Assembly: GCA_001724265.1 (NCBI GenBank)
Contig: MEDY01000129.1
Span: 1-64,000, forward strand
Length of the DNA: 64,000 nucleotides
Direction: 5' to 3'
Source of the DNA: Rhizaria sp. SCN 62-66
Taxonomy: Eukaryota
A program made the translations under genes and the position numbers. The notes beneath the pieces are model-generated. The model saw only the letters and a list, made by a program, of their open reading frames with translations. It was not told the DNA's origin and ran no database searches. Below, one piece after another: positions 49,040-60,055 of this stretch. Positions within the stretch are counted from its first letter, which is position 1. Each line of letters begins with the position of its first letter.

Positions 49040-51722
49040 ATGGACCCGCCTTCCCCGCGCGGCGGCGCTTCTTCGCGCTCGTCGTCCCCCTCGGCCGCAG
49101 CAGCCCGTCAGACGCCCTCTCTATCAGGCTCCGCGCCTGTTGTCATCCCACCCACGACTCCCCTTGCCGCGCCTCCGGCCGCCGCCAGCGTCGCCAATGC
49201 CGCCGCGGCCGGTGCAGCCCCGCTGCCGTTGGGCGCCAGTCTCTTTGGCACGGATCCCGAGCCCTCAACCATGGGGCGTTCCTACATCTATGACGACAAC
49301 GCCAACAATAACAACAACAACAACAGCACTGGCAACGGTGGGAGCGTGAGCACCGCGGGCGGCGTCGTTCGCGGCGGCTACCTCGGTCTCGGCAACAACA
49401 GCCACGGCGACGGCGACGGCGACGGCGGCAGCAACAGCAGCAGCGCCGCTAGCTCCCGCCGCAACAGTCTCCAAACCTCCGCTCCTCTCCTTGGCAACTC
49501 TAACCCTAACCACAACAATAATACCAACAACAACAGCAACAACAACGCGTCGTCACAGTCACCCCACTCCGCCACGGTCACGACCGCGACCGGCCGCCAC
49601 GGCGGCGGCGGCAGAGGCTCGGGCGGCCCCGGCTCCCGCGCCGGCTCCGGCCCCAGCTCGCGCCACAGCTCGCGCCGCGGTTCCGGCTCTAGCGGGTCAG
49701 GCGGCGCGAACACCCTGGCAGCGCTGAACCTGCCGCCGCCTGGAACCGCGGGGTCTGAGCTCAGCGCGGAGGAGATCGCCGCGGTCTGGGACGCTTCAGA
49801 CGCCGAGGTTGCGGAGCTGGCGCAGCAACGCCGTCAAGCGCCTCTGTACACTGTCATCATGATGTGTTTGACCGTGTTGTTTGTGTTTGCTGACCAGAAC
49901 GTCATGGCGCCAAACTTGACCCAGATCGCGCGCGAGTTCAAGATGTCTAACGATGAGCGCGACACCAAGCTCGGCGGGTACATTTCGGCCGCGTTCTTCC
50001 TCATCGGCGCTCCCGTCGCGCTTATCGTCGGATACTTCACTGATAAGTTCAATCGCCCTATCGTCTTCGCCATCGTCGTGCTGCTCGGTGAAATCCCTTG
50101 TTTTTGCTCTGGCTTTGCGTCCAACTACACAGAACTGTTTATCACGCGCGCGCTGACCGGCATCGCCATCGGCGGCGCTGTCCCGCTTGTTTACTCACTG
50201 CTCGGTGACTTGTTCAACACTGAACAGCGCTCGCTCGCCGCCGCCGCGATCGGTATCTGCATGGGCGGCGGCATCCTTCTCGGTCAAATCATCGGCGGGC
50301 TTGTCGGTCCCCCCGCGGGATGGCGCGTGCCGTTCTTCATTGTGGCAGCCCCCGCGATTGTATTTGCGGTTATTGTCCTGTTCACCGTCAAAGACCCACC
50401 GCGCGGGCAGCAGGAGGAAGCTGCTGCGCGCTCACTCGTCGCTGGACAGGTACGATATTTTTCCTGTCAAAGAACAAATATGCAAGTAAATATGATTTAA
50501 CGAAGATTTATATGTTGTTCATTCTTTTTAGTTTAAAATAATGTCACAATACCTATTGTTTTTGTTTTGTTTTGAATTATGTAGGCGTATTCTGGCCAGT
50601 TCACGTGGCGCAAGGTAGGCGACATGCTCCGCACCAAGACCAACATCCTCGTCTACCTTACTTGCGCCACAAGCACAATCCCTTGGGGCGCGATTTTTGT
50701 CTTTGCCAACGATTTCCTTGCCGAGAACCGTCGCCTGGGCCCCGCCAAGGCGACCTGGGTCGTCGTCGTGTTCGGCGTCGGCTCCGGTATCGGCGTCGTG
50801 CTGGGTGGCTACATCGGTCAAAAGATCTACAACGCGAGTCGGCCCTCGATTGGTATCTACATGGCGCTCACCACGGCCATCGGCGTCATCCCTATGGCGC
50901 TGCTGTTTGAGATCGCAACGCCTTCGATCTACGCGCTGCTAATCTTTCTCGCTCTGTTTGCCGGCGCGCTGCTGTCTGCGGCCTCGGCAAACACCAAGGC
51001 CGTATCCCTCAACGTCAACCTGCCCGGTACGTCTCACCCATTCATCACGATATCTCTGAGATGTACTTACATCTTCATTTAGTGACATTTCTGCCACAAT
51101 TCAATCGATTAGAATCCATATTTTTTGCACACTGTCTCACTTGACACTCATTAGGGACTGAACTCTTTCTTTGTTTCACCCACTCTGGAACTGCGACTAT
51201 GAACGCACATCTACAGAGGTGCGCGGCACTGCCTTCGCGATGGTGAACATCATGGACGACCTGGGCAAGGGCCTCGGTCCGATGATCTTCGCCGCCATCG
51301 CGCGCGGCGTTGGACGCCCCTGGGTACGTACTGCTACAGTATCATCATGAAATGACAAAATACTCCGTCCTAAGTTTTCGTGTCCTAATTGTACTGTACT
51401 TGCACATGGTGATCTCTGATTGTACTTTCCTCTCATTTTGCACTTGCTTTCACTTAACTCACGACGAACACGACGCTTTTGACGCATTCTTGCGCTTTCA
51501 CATCCACAGGCAATGAACATCTCGATGATGATGTTCGTCGTTACGGCATGCTTTATCGGCTGCATCTACTGGACGCTCGAGGCCGACGAAGACCGCGTCC
51601 AGGCGATTATCACTCAGCAGCAGGACGACTCGCTGCCGCCCGAGGCGCTCGCCAGACGGTCTTCGTTTGATGCGCCGCTGGGCTTGGCGGAGCACGCACT
51701 TGCGCCTGAGAACGCTGTTTGA
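49040..51722 (+). CDS. MFS transporter, Spinster-like; exons 49040-50449, 50585-51026, 51217-51323, 51510-51722
   Basis: FADQNVMAPNLTQIA, GYFTDKFNR, RALTGIAIGG, GWRVPF, NVNLPEVRGTAFA, DDLGKGLGP; about 12 hydrophobic segments; long N/G/S-rich N-terminus. Confidence 0.9.
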
Positions 51723-52678
51723 GTGATGACTGTGGACAGCTTCTACGACTGTGAGCAGTGGCGGCGATGAACAGCAATTGCGAGCTGAGTTGTCAGTTGG
51801 CTGGAGCTGCTAGTTGCTGCTGAGTTTGTGATCGTACTTTTTAGAAGTGTTTTTTTTTGTGTGTAAATATGTACTAGCGTGTTATTTGCTAATCTAAGCT
51901 GTTTTTTTTTTTTTTAAATGTGTTATGTTGGTGTGTGCCTGAAGAGCGTTGGAGGTAGCAACGGTTCGTACTCAAAGCGTTCATGTTCTTGCATGTGTAC
52001 GAGTATGTTCGTGCTTTCTTTGCGTTAAGATGATAATAATGGTGTCCGTTACAGGCTTTTACAAGTGATTGTGAAATTGTCTTTTGTTGTTGCTGTGTTT
52101 GTGCCTGTTTACGTTGTCGGGAGTTGAGACCTTCGGTATCGCCCACACTCCGTACACACATACGAGGCATGCAGTCATTTGTGTCGAGAAATTACTAAAG
52201 ATCCAAATGAGAGAAGTTTGAATGAGCGAAATAAGTATTTGTACTTTTTGGATGTGAACCTACTCTCCCAGCATTATGATGAGTCGTGACATTGAGCGAA
52301 ATCTCATACTATGCGACGGATTCTTCTTGATGATGCTTTGGTGTGTGGTATGAATAAACTGTTTATTGTGTTTTTCATCTGTGTAACATGGATTTTGTGT
52401 GTGTTGATTTTTACTGTTTTGATTTTCATTTTCCCTCTCTATGATGTCCAATGTGCGCTCGTGAACAATGACAAGAACCCCCGAAGCATCTTCACAAGTG
52501 CCGCAACATTCATAACAACAGTCAGTGCTGCGACACAACGCGCTCACACAGAGCGCGCGTGTGTGTGCCTAGAGATCTGCTGGTAATATCTACACATGCT
52601 CACAGTCACTGGCTATACATTTTTTTTTTGCAGGAAAAAGGATTTGTGTTGTTTCGTTGGCACTTACATTGTAGGTAC

Positions 52679-53713
52679 TTACTCCTTGTTGACGTGAATG
52701 AACTCAGAGTCGGACAGCGCAGAGGTGGCGACGGAGGCCTCAGCGGACGCAGCCTCGGACTCCTCAGCCTCGGCAGCCTTCTCCGTCGCCTCAGCGGCGG
52801 CGGCAGGGGCCTCAGCGGCGGCCTCAGCGGGCTTCTCAGCCTCGGCAACAGCAGCAGCAGCGGCGGCGGCGGGCTGGTTCGCGGCAAGCGACTTGTGGGA
52901 GCCGTCGCAGAAGGGCTCACCCTCAGCACGGCCCTTGGCGAGGCCGCAGGCGCAGACCCAAACCTGGTCCTTGCCAGTCGACTCCTTGCTGACGGCCTTG
53001 GGGGCGACGGACGTGCCGTGCTCGGCGTTGTACGCGCGGTGGGAGCCGTCGCAGTAGGGGAAGTTCTTGGACTGGCCGCACGTGCAGATGTACTTGGTCT
53101 TGCCATCTGGAGAGACACGCGAAACAGCAACAACAAAGCGAAGGAAAGAAAACAGGACAATAGGGAGCATGACAAAACAATTTAGTTAGGATTTAGTGAG
53201 AATACAGTATTATTTGACCAAATCATGCGCTATTAGAGTATACTAAGGACGGATGCAAGATATAATTGCGAATTTGAGTGCAAGCGTACCGGTGAGGTCG
53301 ACAGCGATGGGTTTGGAACCCTTGTTGTGGGCAATGGGGTAGGCCTCCTTGTTCTGGCAGCAGCCGGCGTCCTCGATATCGCCGCCCTTGCAACATGCGC
53401 TCTTGGCGGCGCACGCGGCCTGCTTCTCGGCTGAGCAGCCCTTGGCGGCGCACTCAGCCTTCTGAGCAGGCGAGCAACTAGTGGCGCTGGCGCTGGAGCC
53501 GCAGCAGCCGCCGGCGGCGGCGGCCTCGGAGGTGCCGTGGGGATTGATGGGGGAAATCTTAGCGAAGGTGTTGCGGCAGAGGCAGCAGAGGAAGTTGCGC
53601 ACGGTCTCGGACTTCTGGTAGAGAACGTAGGTGCCGAGGGCGACGAAGCCGGCAATGATGCCGGCCTTGACCACGCAGGGCTGCTTCGCGCACGAGGAAG
53701 TGGAGCAGGACAT
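52679..53713 (-). CDS. CDGSH iron-sulfur protein with two CDGSH motifs and an N-terminal TM anchor; exons 53713-53290, 53106-52679
   Basis: ICTCGQSKNFPYCDGSH and VCACGLAKGRAEGEPFCDGSH; TM segment AGIIAGFVALGTYVLY; Cys-rich linker. Confidence 0.9.
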
Positions 53714-54458
53714 TCGCTAACTGCGGTGCAGAAGAGCGCAAAAGGGCGGAGTTTAAGGGTGGTAGAGCGGAGTGAACGCGCACAGAGAATAGAGGGTGAG
53801 AAGTCTGTCAACCGGGGGCGTGGGAGGAAAAGCAGCTGCTTTTTGGGTCGCGTTCAAGAAGCGCCGGCAAATACTGTCTCGGGAGAGACACAAACGACGT
53901 ATAAAGCACATGTAATAAAGAGATTATGCCAAATATTAAACCGTAATGCTATTCCGACATGTTTTCACAAAGCCTATGGGCTGGGCACGCCACACGAGTC
54001 GTCACAAACTAACTGGTGAACCTAGCAAATGCGTATGTTGGTTTCGCCCCCCGCAAGTTCTCACGCAAAAAACACGCCTTCCAGACGCATCTCACGAGAA
54101 AAACAGAAGCATTTCGAGCTCAAATCATAGTATATAATAAAAACAAGACATTCTATATTGCTGTTTCGTGTTACGCTTTGCTGCATCATTTTCACAGAGA
54201 TACCGCTACTAAGATGTATTCGTCAGTGGGACCCGAGGTCTGATCCACCCAATCTACTGCCATCGTAAGCAATGCTACACTGACCAGACAGGTCAAACAA
54301 CTACAACGCAGCTAATTAGAGACTTTAACACATGGATTTGGCCATTTTGCGGCCACCAATAAACAATCACCGCGCAAAGAGGCAGTCAGTGAGTCACGAG
54401 TAACAACAACAAAGGTTTAGAGTTGAGAGTGAACGATACGCCTGACAAGCATCCGCGT

Positions 54459-57242
54459 TCATTTCTCGTCGCCCTTCCCACTGGTACCGCCCTGCTGTCC
54501 CTGCTGCTGCTGCCCTTGCTGCCCACTCTGTCCCTGCCCCTGCTGCTGCTGTTGCTGCATCTGCTGCTGTTGCTGCATCTGCTGCTGTTGCTGCCTCAGC
54601 CTCTTAAAGTGCTTATTTTTGGTGTGGATATACAGCGCCTGATGCGACCCGTATGCCTTGCCGCACCCGGGCGCCTCGCACGTGTAGATCCGCTCAATCT
54701 CGTGCGCCGCGCGCCGCACGCGCGTCCCGCCCGCGCCGGCACCCGTCGCCGCGTTGCCGGTCGACGCGGCGTAGTCGCCGCCCAGCAGCGTCGTGAACGC
54801 GCCGGCCGAGGCGAGCGCGGCCAGAGTCGGTGAGTTGCCCGTACTGCCGCCGTTGCCCGCACCAGAGCCGGAGGATACGCTACTGCCTCCGCCGCTGCTG
54901 CCCGCTGCCGCGCGGCCGCTGCCGCCACTGCCGCCTTTGCTGCTGCCGCCGCCACCGCCCTGGCGCCCCCCAGCGGCGCCGCTGCCGCTGTCAGCGCCGT
55001 TGCCGCTGTTGCCGCCGCTCTGCGCCGCGCCCGCCGCGGCCGGCAGCGCGAGCCGCATGGAGGCCATCGTGCGCTTGTGCGCGTCGACGTCGTCCAGCGC
55101 CTCGACGCGGCCAAACTTCGAGTAGACGAACGCCGCCGTGTCCGACGCCGCCGCCCATCCCGTGGTATTCCCGGTCGGCGCGTGCGCGTGCGAATGCGAG
55201 TGCGCGAGCGCGGCCGCGTCCGACACGCCCGCGGCCGTCGCGGCCGTCGCGGCGGCGGCGGCGGCGGCGCGGGCCGCGGTGCTCGGCATCGGGGTCAGCC
55301 CGGCCGCGTAGCTGTAGTTGTACGGGTACCCCGTGGCGCCGCCAGCGGCCGCGATGGCAGCGGCGGCCGCGGCGGCGGTGACGCTCGCACTTGGCGCCGC
55401 CGCCGCCGCTGCAGACTGACTGCCCCCGCCGCGGCCCGCGCTGCCACTGGAAGTCGACGCCGCCGCCGTGGTTGCGGTGCTGCTGCCCTTACTGCGATCG
55501 CGGTCGCCGCGGCCACGGTCACGGTCGTCCTTGCCCGCCGCCGTCGCAACTGCAGTCCCCGCGGCATTCGAGGCGCCGGCGCCACCGGTCGACTGGTTGG
55601 AGATCGCCTGCAGCGCTGTGAGCGACGAGTGCGCTAGCGCGGCGACTGCAGCGGGGATCGACGCGCGCGCCGCCGACGTCATCCACGGGTTCGAGGACGC
55701 GTACCCCATCACAGCGGCCGCAGCGTCGCGCGCGGAGGCCGCCGAGGCCGCGGCGACGACGGCGCCCGACAGGCGGTGGTGCTCCGCGTTGTGCGGGGCG
55801 CGGCCCAGCGCGGGGCCGCCGGGCCGGTAGGCAGAGAGACGGCCCGTGCCGGGATGCACCGCGGTGAGCGCGGCGCGGTCGGCGGCGCTGAGCGAAGACG
55901 ACGCGGGTGTATTCGCGGAGGCCGCCGACGACGACGCGGCGGTGGTGGACCGGGCGGACCGGGCGCGGCTGGCGCTCTCGGCGGTGCCGTCGCCGTCGTC
56001 TTCCATAGCGTCGCCGCCGTTCGCAGCAGAAGTTGCAGAGGCAGAGGCGGAGGCGTCGGGCTCGCGCGCGCGCTTCCGGTTGCGGTTCTGCTCAGCAGCG
56101 TCGCCGTTCGCAGCGCTGGCAGTTGACGCGGTCGCGTTGTTGTTGTTGCTGCTGCTATTGCTGTTGCTGCTGTTGTTGGCGTAGGACGAGTCCGGGGGCG
56201 CGATTGGGATCGCGAGCAGCGGTGACGACCGCGGCACCGACGGCGCCTCATGCAGCGACGACGCGACCGCGAGGCGGCGCCAGTACGCCTCCGCCGCGGC
56301 CGCCGCGGCGCTGGCGGAGCCCGCGGGGGCGGCTTGCATTAACCGCGCCGCGGTGCCGGCGAGGCGGGCGCGCGCGGCGCCGAGAGCGACGGCGCTGCCC
56401 GCGACGGCCGCGGCCTCGGCGCCGCCCGAAAGCGCGTCGCTGCCCTCGGCGGTGTCGGCGCTGGCGGTGGAGTTGAGCGCGCGCAGGTCGGCGTGAGCTT
56501 CGTGCAACAGAGCCCAGGCCTCTGTGGCAGAGGCGGTCACTGCAGCGGTCGCGGCCTCGGTCGCGGACAAAGACGGGTTGGCTACCGCGGCGGCAGCGGC
56601 GGCGGCGGCGGCGGAGGCGGCACGCGCGGCCCCGGCGGCGGCGTCGGCGGCCGTGGGCAGTGTGGGGGCCATGTCGGCCACGGGACGCGCTGGGAGAGGC
56701 GCCAGCGGTAAAGAGTCGACGTGAGCCTTCCAGATGCGGTAGTGGAGCGAGAACTTCCAGATTTGGTAGTAGAAGTCAACACACTGCTGCGTGGTCTTGG
56801 TGCGGATGTGGCGCGACATGACGTGGAAGTCCTTGCCCCACTGGCAGATGCAGGCTTCGAAAAGCGCGATTTCCTTCGGGGACCAGATGTCCATGGGCGA
56901 CGGCCGGCGCAGCGGGGAGCGAAGTGCGTCGATCGTGCAGTACGCGGTCTGCCCGTACTCACCAGAGACCCAAACGGAGTTGCCGTTGGCGTGGACCTCG
57001 CGCGGGCGCATGTAGAAAGCGAGGGACGCGCGCAGCCAGGCGTCGAACTTGTCGCGGCCGGGCAGCTCGGCGCTGTGCGCGGGGCACAGAGCCATCTCCT
57101 CCTCTTCCGTCATCAGCAGGTGTGACGGGGAAGAGCCGCGGCGCACGGTCTTACGACGTTTTGTCTTGCGCTTGGGCTGCGCAGAACGGCGGTTGCGAGA
57201 GCTGTTGCTTCCGCCACCAGAGCGCGAAGGAGCGTCACTCAT
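54459..57242 (-). CDS. SANT/Myb-like domain plus C-terminal C2H2 zinc finger, nuclear regulator
   Basis: WSPKEIALFEACICQWGKDFHVMSRHIRTKTTQQCVDFYY; YTCEAPGCGKAYGSHQALYIHTKNKH; basic NLS-like PKRKTKRRK; polyQ tail. Start codon is uncertain. Confidence 0.85.
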   Translation of the reverse strand: MSDAPSRSGGGSNSSRNRRSAQPKRKTKRRKTVRRGSSPSHLLMTEEEEMALCPAHSAELPGRDKFDAWLRASLAFYMRPREVHANGNSVWVSGEYGQTAYCTIDALRSPLRRPSPMDIWSPKEIALFEACICQWGKDFHVMSRHIRTKTTQQCVDFYYQIWKFSLHYRIWKAHVDSLPLAPLPARPVADMAPTLPTAADAAAGAARAASAAAAAAAAAVANPSLSATEAATAAVTASATEAWALLHEAHADLRALNSTASADTAEGSDALSGGAEAAAVAGSAVALGAARARLAGTAARLMQAAPAGSASAAAAAAEAYWRRLAVASSLHEAPSVPRSSPLLAIPIAPPDSSYANNSSNSNSSSNNNNATASTASAANGDAAEQNRNRKRAREPDASASASATSAANGGDAMEDDGDGTAESASRARSARSTTAASSSAASANTPASSSLSAADRAALTAVHPGTGRLSAYRPGGPALGRAPHNAEHHRLSGAVVAAASAASARDAAAAVMGYASSNPWMTSAARASIPAAVAALAHSSLTALQAISNQSTGGAGASNAAGTAVATAAGKDDRDRGRGDRDRSKGSSTATTAAASTSSGSAGRGGGSQSAAAAAAPSASVTAAAAAAAIAAAGGATGYPYNYSYAAGLTPMPSTAARAAAAAAATAATAAGVSDAAALAHSHSHAHAPTGNTTGWAAASDTAAFVYSKFGRVEALDDVDAHKRTMASMRLALPAAAGAAQSGGNSGNGADSGSGAAGGRQGGGGGSSKGGSGGSGRAAAGSSGGGSSVSSGSGAGNGGSTGNSPTLAALASAGAFTTLLGGDYAASTGNAATGAGAGGTRVRRAAHEIERIYTCEAPGCGKAYGSHQALYIHTKNKHFKRLRQQQQQMQQQQQMQQQQQQGQGQSGQQGQQQQGQQGGTSGKGDEK

Positions 57243-57883
57243 CGCGGCTGCAATCGGGCCACGGAACAAAGGAGAGCAAATGTCATGATAAAGAGGCATA
57301 GAGATAATGTGAGTCAGGTGTACGCTGGATAAGCACAATATAACCATGCATTCGTTGTCGCAGCGGTATTCTCACCCAGGGATAAGGGCGGCACTGCGAA
57401 GATCAATGAGAGCGAGGTATCACTCTGACGATTACACTGCCACTTGGAGTACGGCCTGCAGCCGACACCGACGGGCTGCGCGCACAATACAAATATAGAA
57501 GCTTCACCAATCTCGTATAAATTACGGTCCCACCAGTGACATTCAAAATGATGACTTCTGCATGTCCCAGCAAGGTGCGCTTTGATTGCCAACTTTCGCG
57601 CCTGCTGCAGAGCGCCTCGGACTCGAACCGAAAAAAAATTGTCCGTGGACGATTCGAGCTTGTCGTTTTCATGTCACCACCGCATCAATACTCATTTTTT
57701 CACGCTGTATCACACACGGCCGAATAGGGCTGCTATATTCCCGCCAGATTTTATTTAATCGCATTGCGTAGAGTGCGTTTTACGTTGTTGCCGAGCTGTC
57801 CGAAACTCTCGTTTCCGCTCTCCCCCTTCTCACTCGCATCTCCCCCTTTCCTTGTCTGTCCCTCGTGCTCCTGTTCGCCGCAG

Positions 57884-59431
57884 ATGTTGCGCTCGCTCAC
57901 CCGTGCCCACCGCGCCGCCGCGAAGGCCTCTGCCGCGCCCGTCGCCGCCCGCGCGCTGCTGTCCACCGCCGTGCGCGCCCCCGCGCTGCAGCAGCTGAGC
58001 GCGCTGGTGTCCGAGCCCGCCGGCGCCCACTTCGATGCCGTCGTCCTCGGCGCCGGCATCGGCGGTGTCGCGGCCGCCGTCGGCATCACGTCCCCTGCCA
58101 TCACGCGCGTTACGCTTGACACCGTGCCAGTTGACGTCAACGCCGCGCCCTCGTCGACCGCGGCCGCTGTGGTTGATCTGACTACCCCGGCCGGCGAGCG
58201 TAAGCGTGTGCTCGTGCTTGAGTCAGAGGGCGACTTCTGCTTCCACTCCACGGGCCGCTCCGCCGCCATCTACTCCGAGGTCTACGGCTCCCCTGCCGTG
58301 CGCGCTCTCAGCACGGCCACGAAACCGTTTTACTACGCGCACGCCGCGTCTGGCCTGGTCAGTGAAACTCCACTCGCCGTCCGCCGACCCGCGCTGCACG
58401 TCACCAACGACCCCGCGCAGGCGGATATCAAAACCATCTACGCCGAGTCCGCGCCCTTGGTGCCCTCGCTGCGCCACATCACGCCCGCCGAGGCCGTCGA
58501 CGCGTGCCCGTGGCTCATCGGCGCTACGGAGGACTTCCTCCACCGCGGCGAGCCCGCGTCTAACTTAGACGCAGAGGAGACTGAGAAGCGTCGCGCCGCC
58601 GTGATTACGGGCGCGCTGCTGGAGCCCGACGCGGCGACGATGGACGTCGACGCCATCTGGACCTCAATGACTAAGCTTGCGCGCGGCAACGGCGCCGCGT
58701 TCGTCAAAGGCGCTGCAGTGACCGACGCCACCGTCGACGCCGCTAGCAACCGCTGGACGCTCAAGATCGCCCCGTCCGAGAGCAACGCCGTGTCCCCCAA
58801 CGCCGGCGAGACCGTGAGCGTGACCACGGACCTCGTTGTCAACGCGTCCGGTGCTTGGGCCGACACCGTGGCCAGCAAGTTCGGCGTCGCCCCAGTGGGG
58901 ATCACTCCGATGCGCCGCACCATCATCCAGTTCGATCCCGCTGACGTGGCGCCCGCGTTTCCCGCCGCCGCGGGCTTTGCGGACAAGGACGCGTACCTCC
59001 GCGCGCAGGGCGCCTGGCCCGCTGTGTTCGATGCCCACGACACGTACTACTACAAGCCTGAGAGCGGCCGCGTCCTGGCGTCCCCCGCCGACGAGACCCC
59101 CACGGAGCCGTGCGACGCCCAACCCGACGACTGGGACATCGCGGTCTGCGTCGACCGGCTCAACGACGCGACGCCGTTCCGCCCGCGCAAGGTCGCAGAG
59201 AAGTGGGCCGGGCTCCGCTGCTTCGCCACTGACCGTGAGTTCGTCATCGGCGAGGATGCGTCTGCCAAGGGGTTTTTCTGGATGGCCGGGCTCGGCGGTT
59301 ACGGCATCCAGACTGCGATGGGTAACGCGAAGCTCATCGCGGGGCTTGTGCACGAGGGCAAGGTGCCGCAGGAGCTGAAGAAGTGGGGATTCGATGAGAG
59401 CAAGATCTCTCCCAACCGCTTCCGCAAGTAA
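57884..59431 (+). CDS. FAD-dependent oxidoreductase (DAO family; D-arginine dehydrogenase-like) with predicted mitochondrial presequence
   Basis: VVLGAGIGG, FHSTGRSAA, VNASGAWAD, PMRRT, YYKPESGRVLASPADE, KWAGLRCF..DR, GFFWMAGLGGYGIQT. Confidence 0.9.
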   Translation: MLRSLTRAHRAAAKASAAPVAARALLSTAVRAPALQQLSALVSEPAGAHFDAVVLGAGIGGVAAAVGITSPAITRVTLDTVPVDVNAAPSSTAAAVVDLTTPAGERKRVLVLESEGDFCFHSTGRSAAIYSEVYGSPAVRALSTATKPFYYAHAASGLVSETPLAVRRPALHVTNDPAQADIKTIYAESAPLVPSLRHITPAEAVDACPWLIGATEDFLHRGEPASNLDAEETEKRRAAVITGALLEPDAATMDVDAIWTSMTKLARGNGAAFVKGAAVTDATVDAASNRWTLKIAPSESNAVSPNAGETVSVTTDLVVNASGAWADTVASKFGVAPVGITPMRRTIIQFDPADVAPAFPAAAGFADKDAYLRAQGAWPAVFDAHDTYYYKPESGRVLASPADETPTEPCDAQPDDWDIAVCVDRLNDATPFRPRKVAEKWAGLRCFATDREFVIGEDASAKGFFWMAGLGGYGIQTAMGNAKLIAGLVHEGKVPQELKKWGFDESKISPNRFRK

Positions 59432-60055
59432 GCATAAGTAAGCTTAAGCCGCTTGTGTCACTATTTGTGTTGAGACGTTTGTCGATCGGGTTATATTTGA
59501 ATACATAGTTTATATATTTTTGAGATACGATGCAGTATATAAAAGCACTTTGTATTGTTCTGTTTCATCAACTACAAGCCACTACGCATCGACACACGTA
59601 CTGCAACATGATTCCAAACAACAAGAGCTTGATCACGTGTCACTGTACTGTTATGTTTGTTGCGCTGCGAAAGAGCTGAAACGAAACATAATGATAATAT
59701 TTGTAATTGTGTTTTTGTTCTTATTTTAAGTTCGAAAGCACGGAGGAAAACAACACATCACAGTGACGCAGTATACTTATAAGTTTCTGTGAGGAGTCGC
59801 GCTTCGCTACTTTCGACAGTTTTCTTACATTTTCTTTTTCTGGTTGTTGTCGTTGTTCTTGAACTTGATGATATTTTTTCCTATTGCGTTTAAATTTCAT
59901 GCTAATTCATCCTTCTACTACTCAATCACATCACTTGAAACCAATCGCTTCCTTCCCTTAATAATTCTAAGCTTTAGTAACCACAGCTTGCAGAGTCCGA
60001 TTCGCGGTAATCGCTATAGCAGCTGCAATTGTGCTTATTTCGCGCCTTCAAGTAT

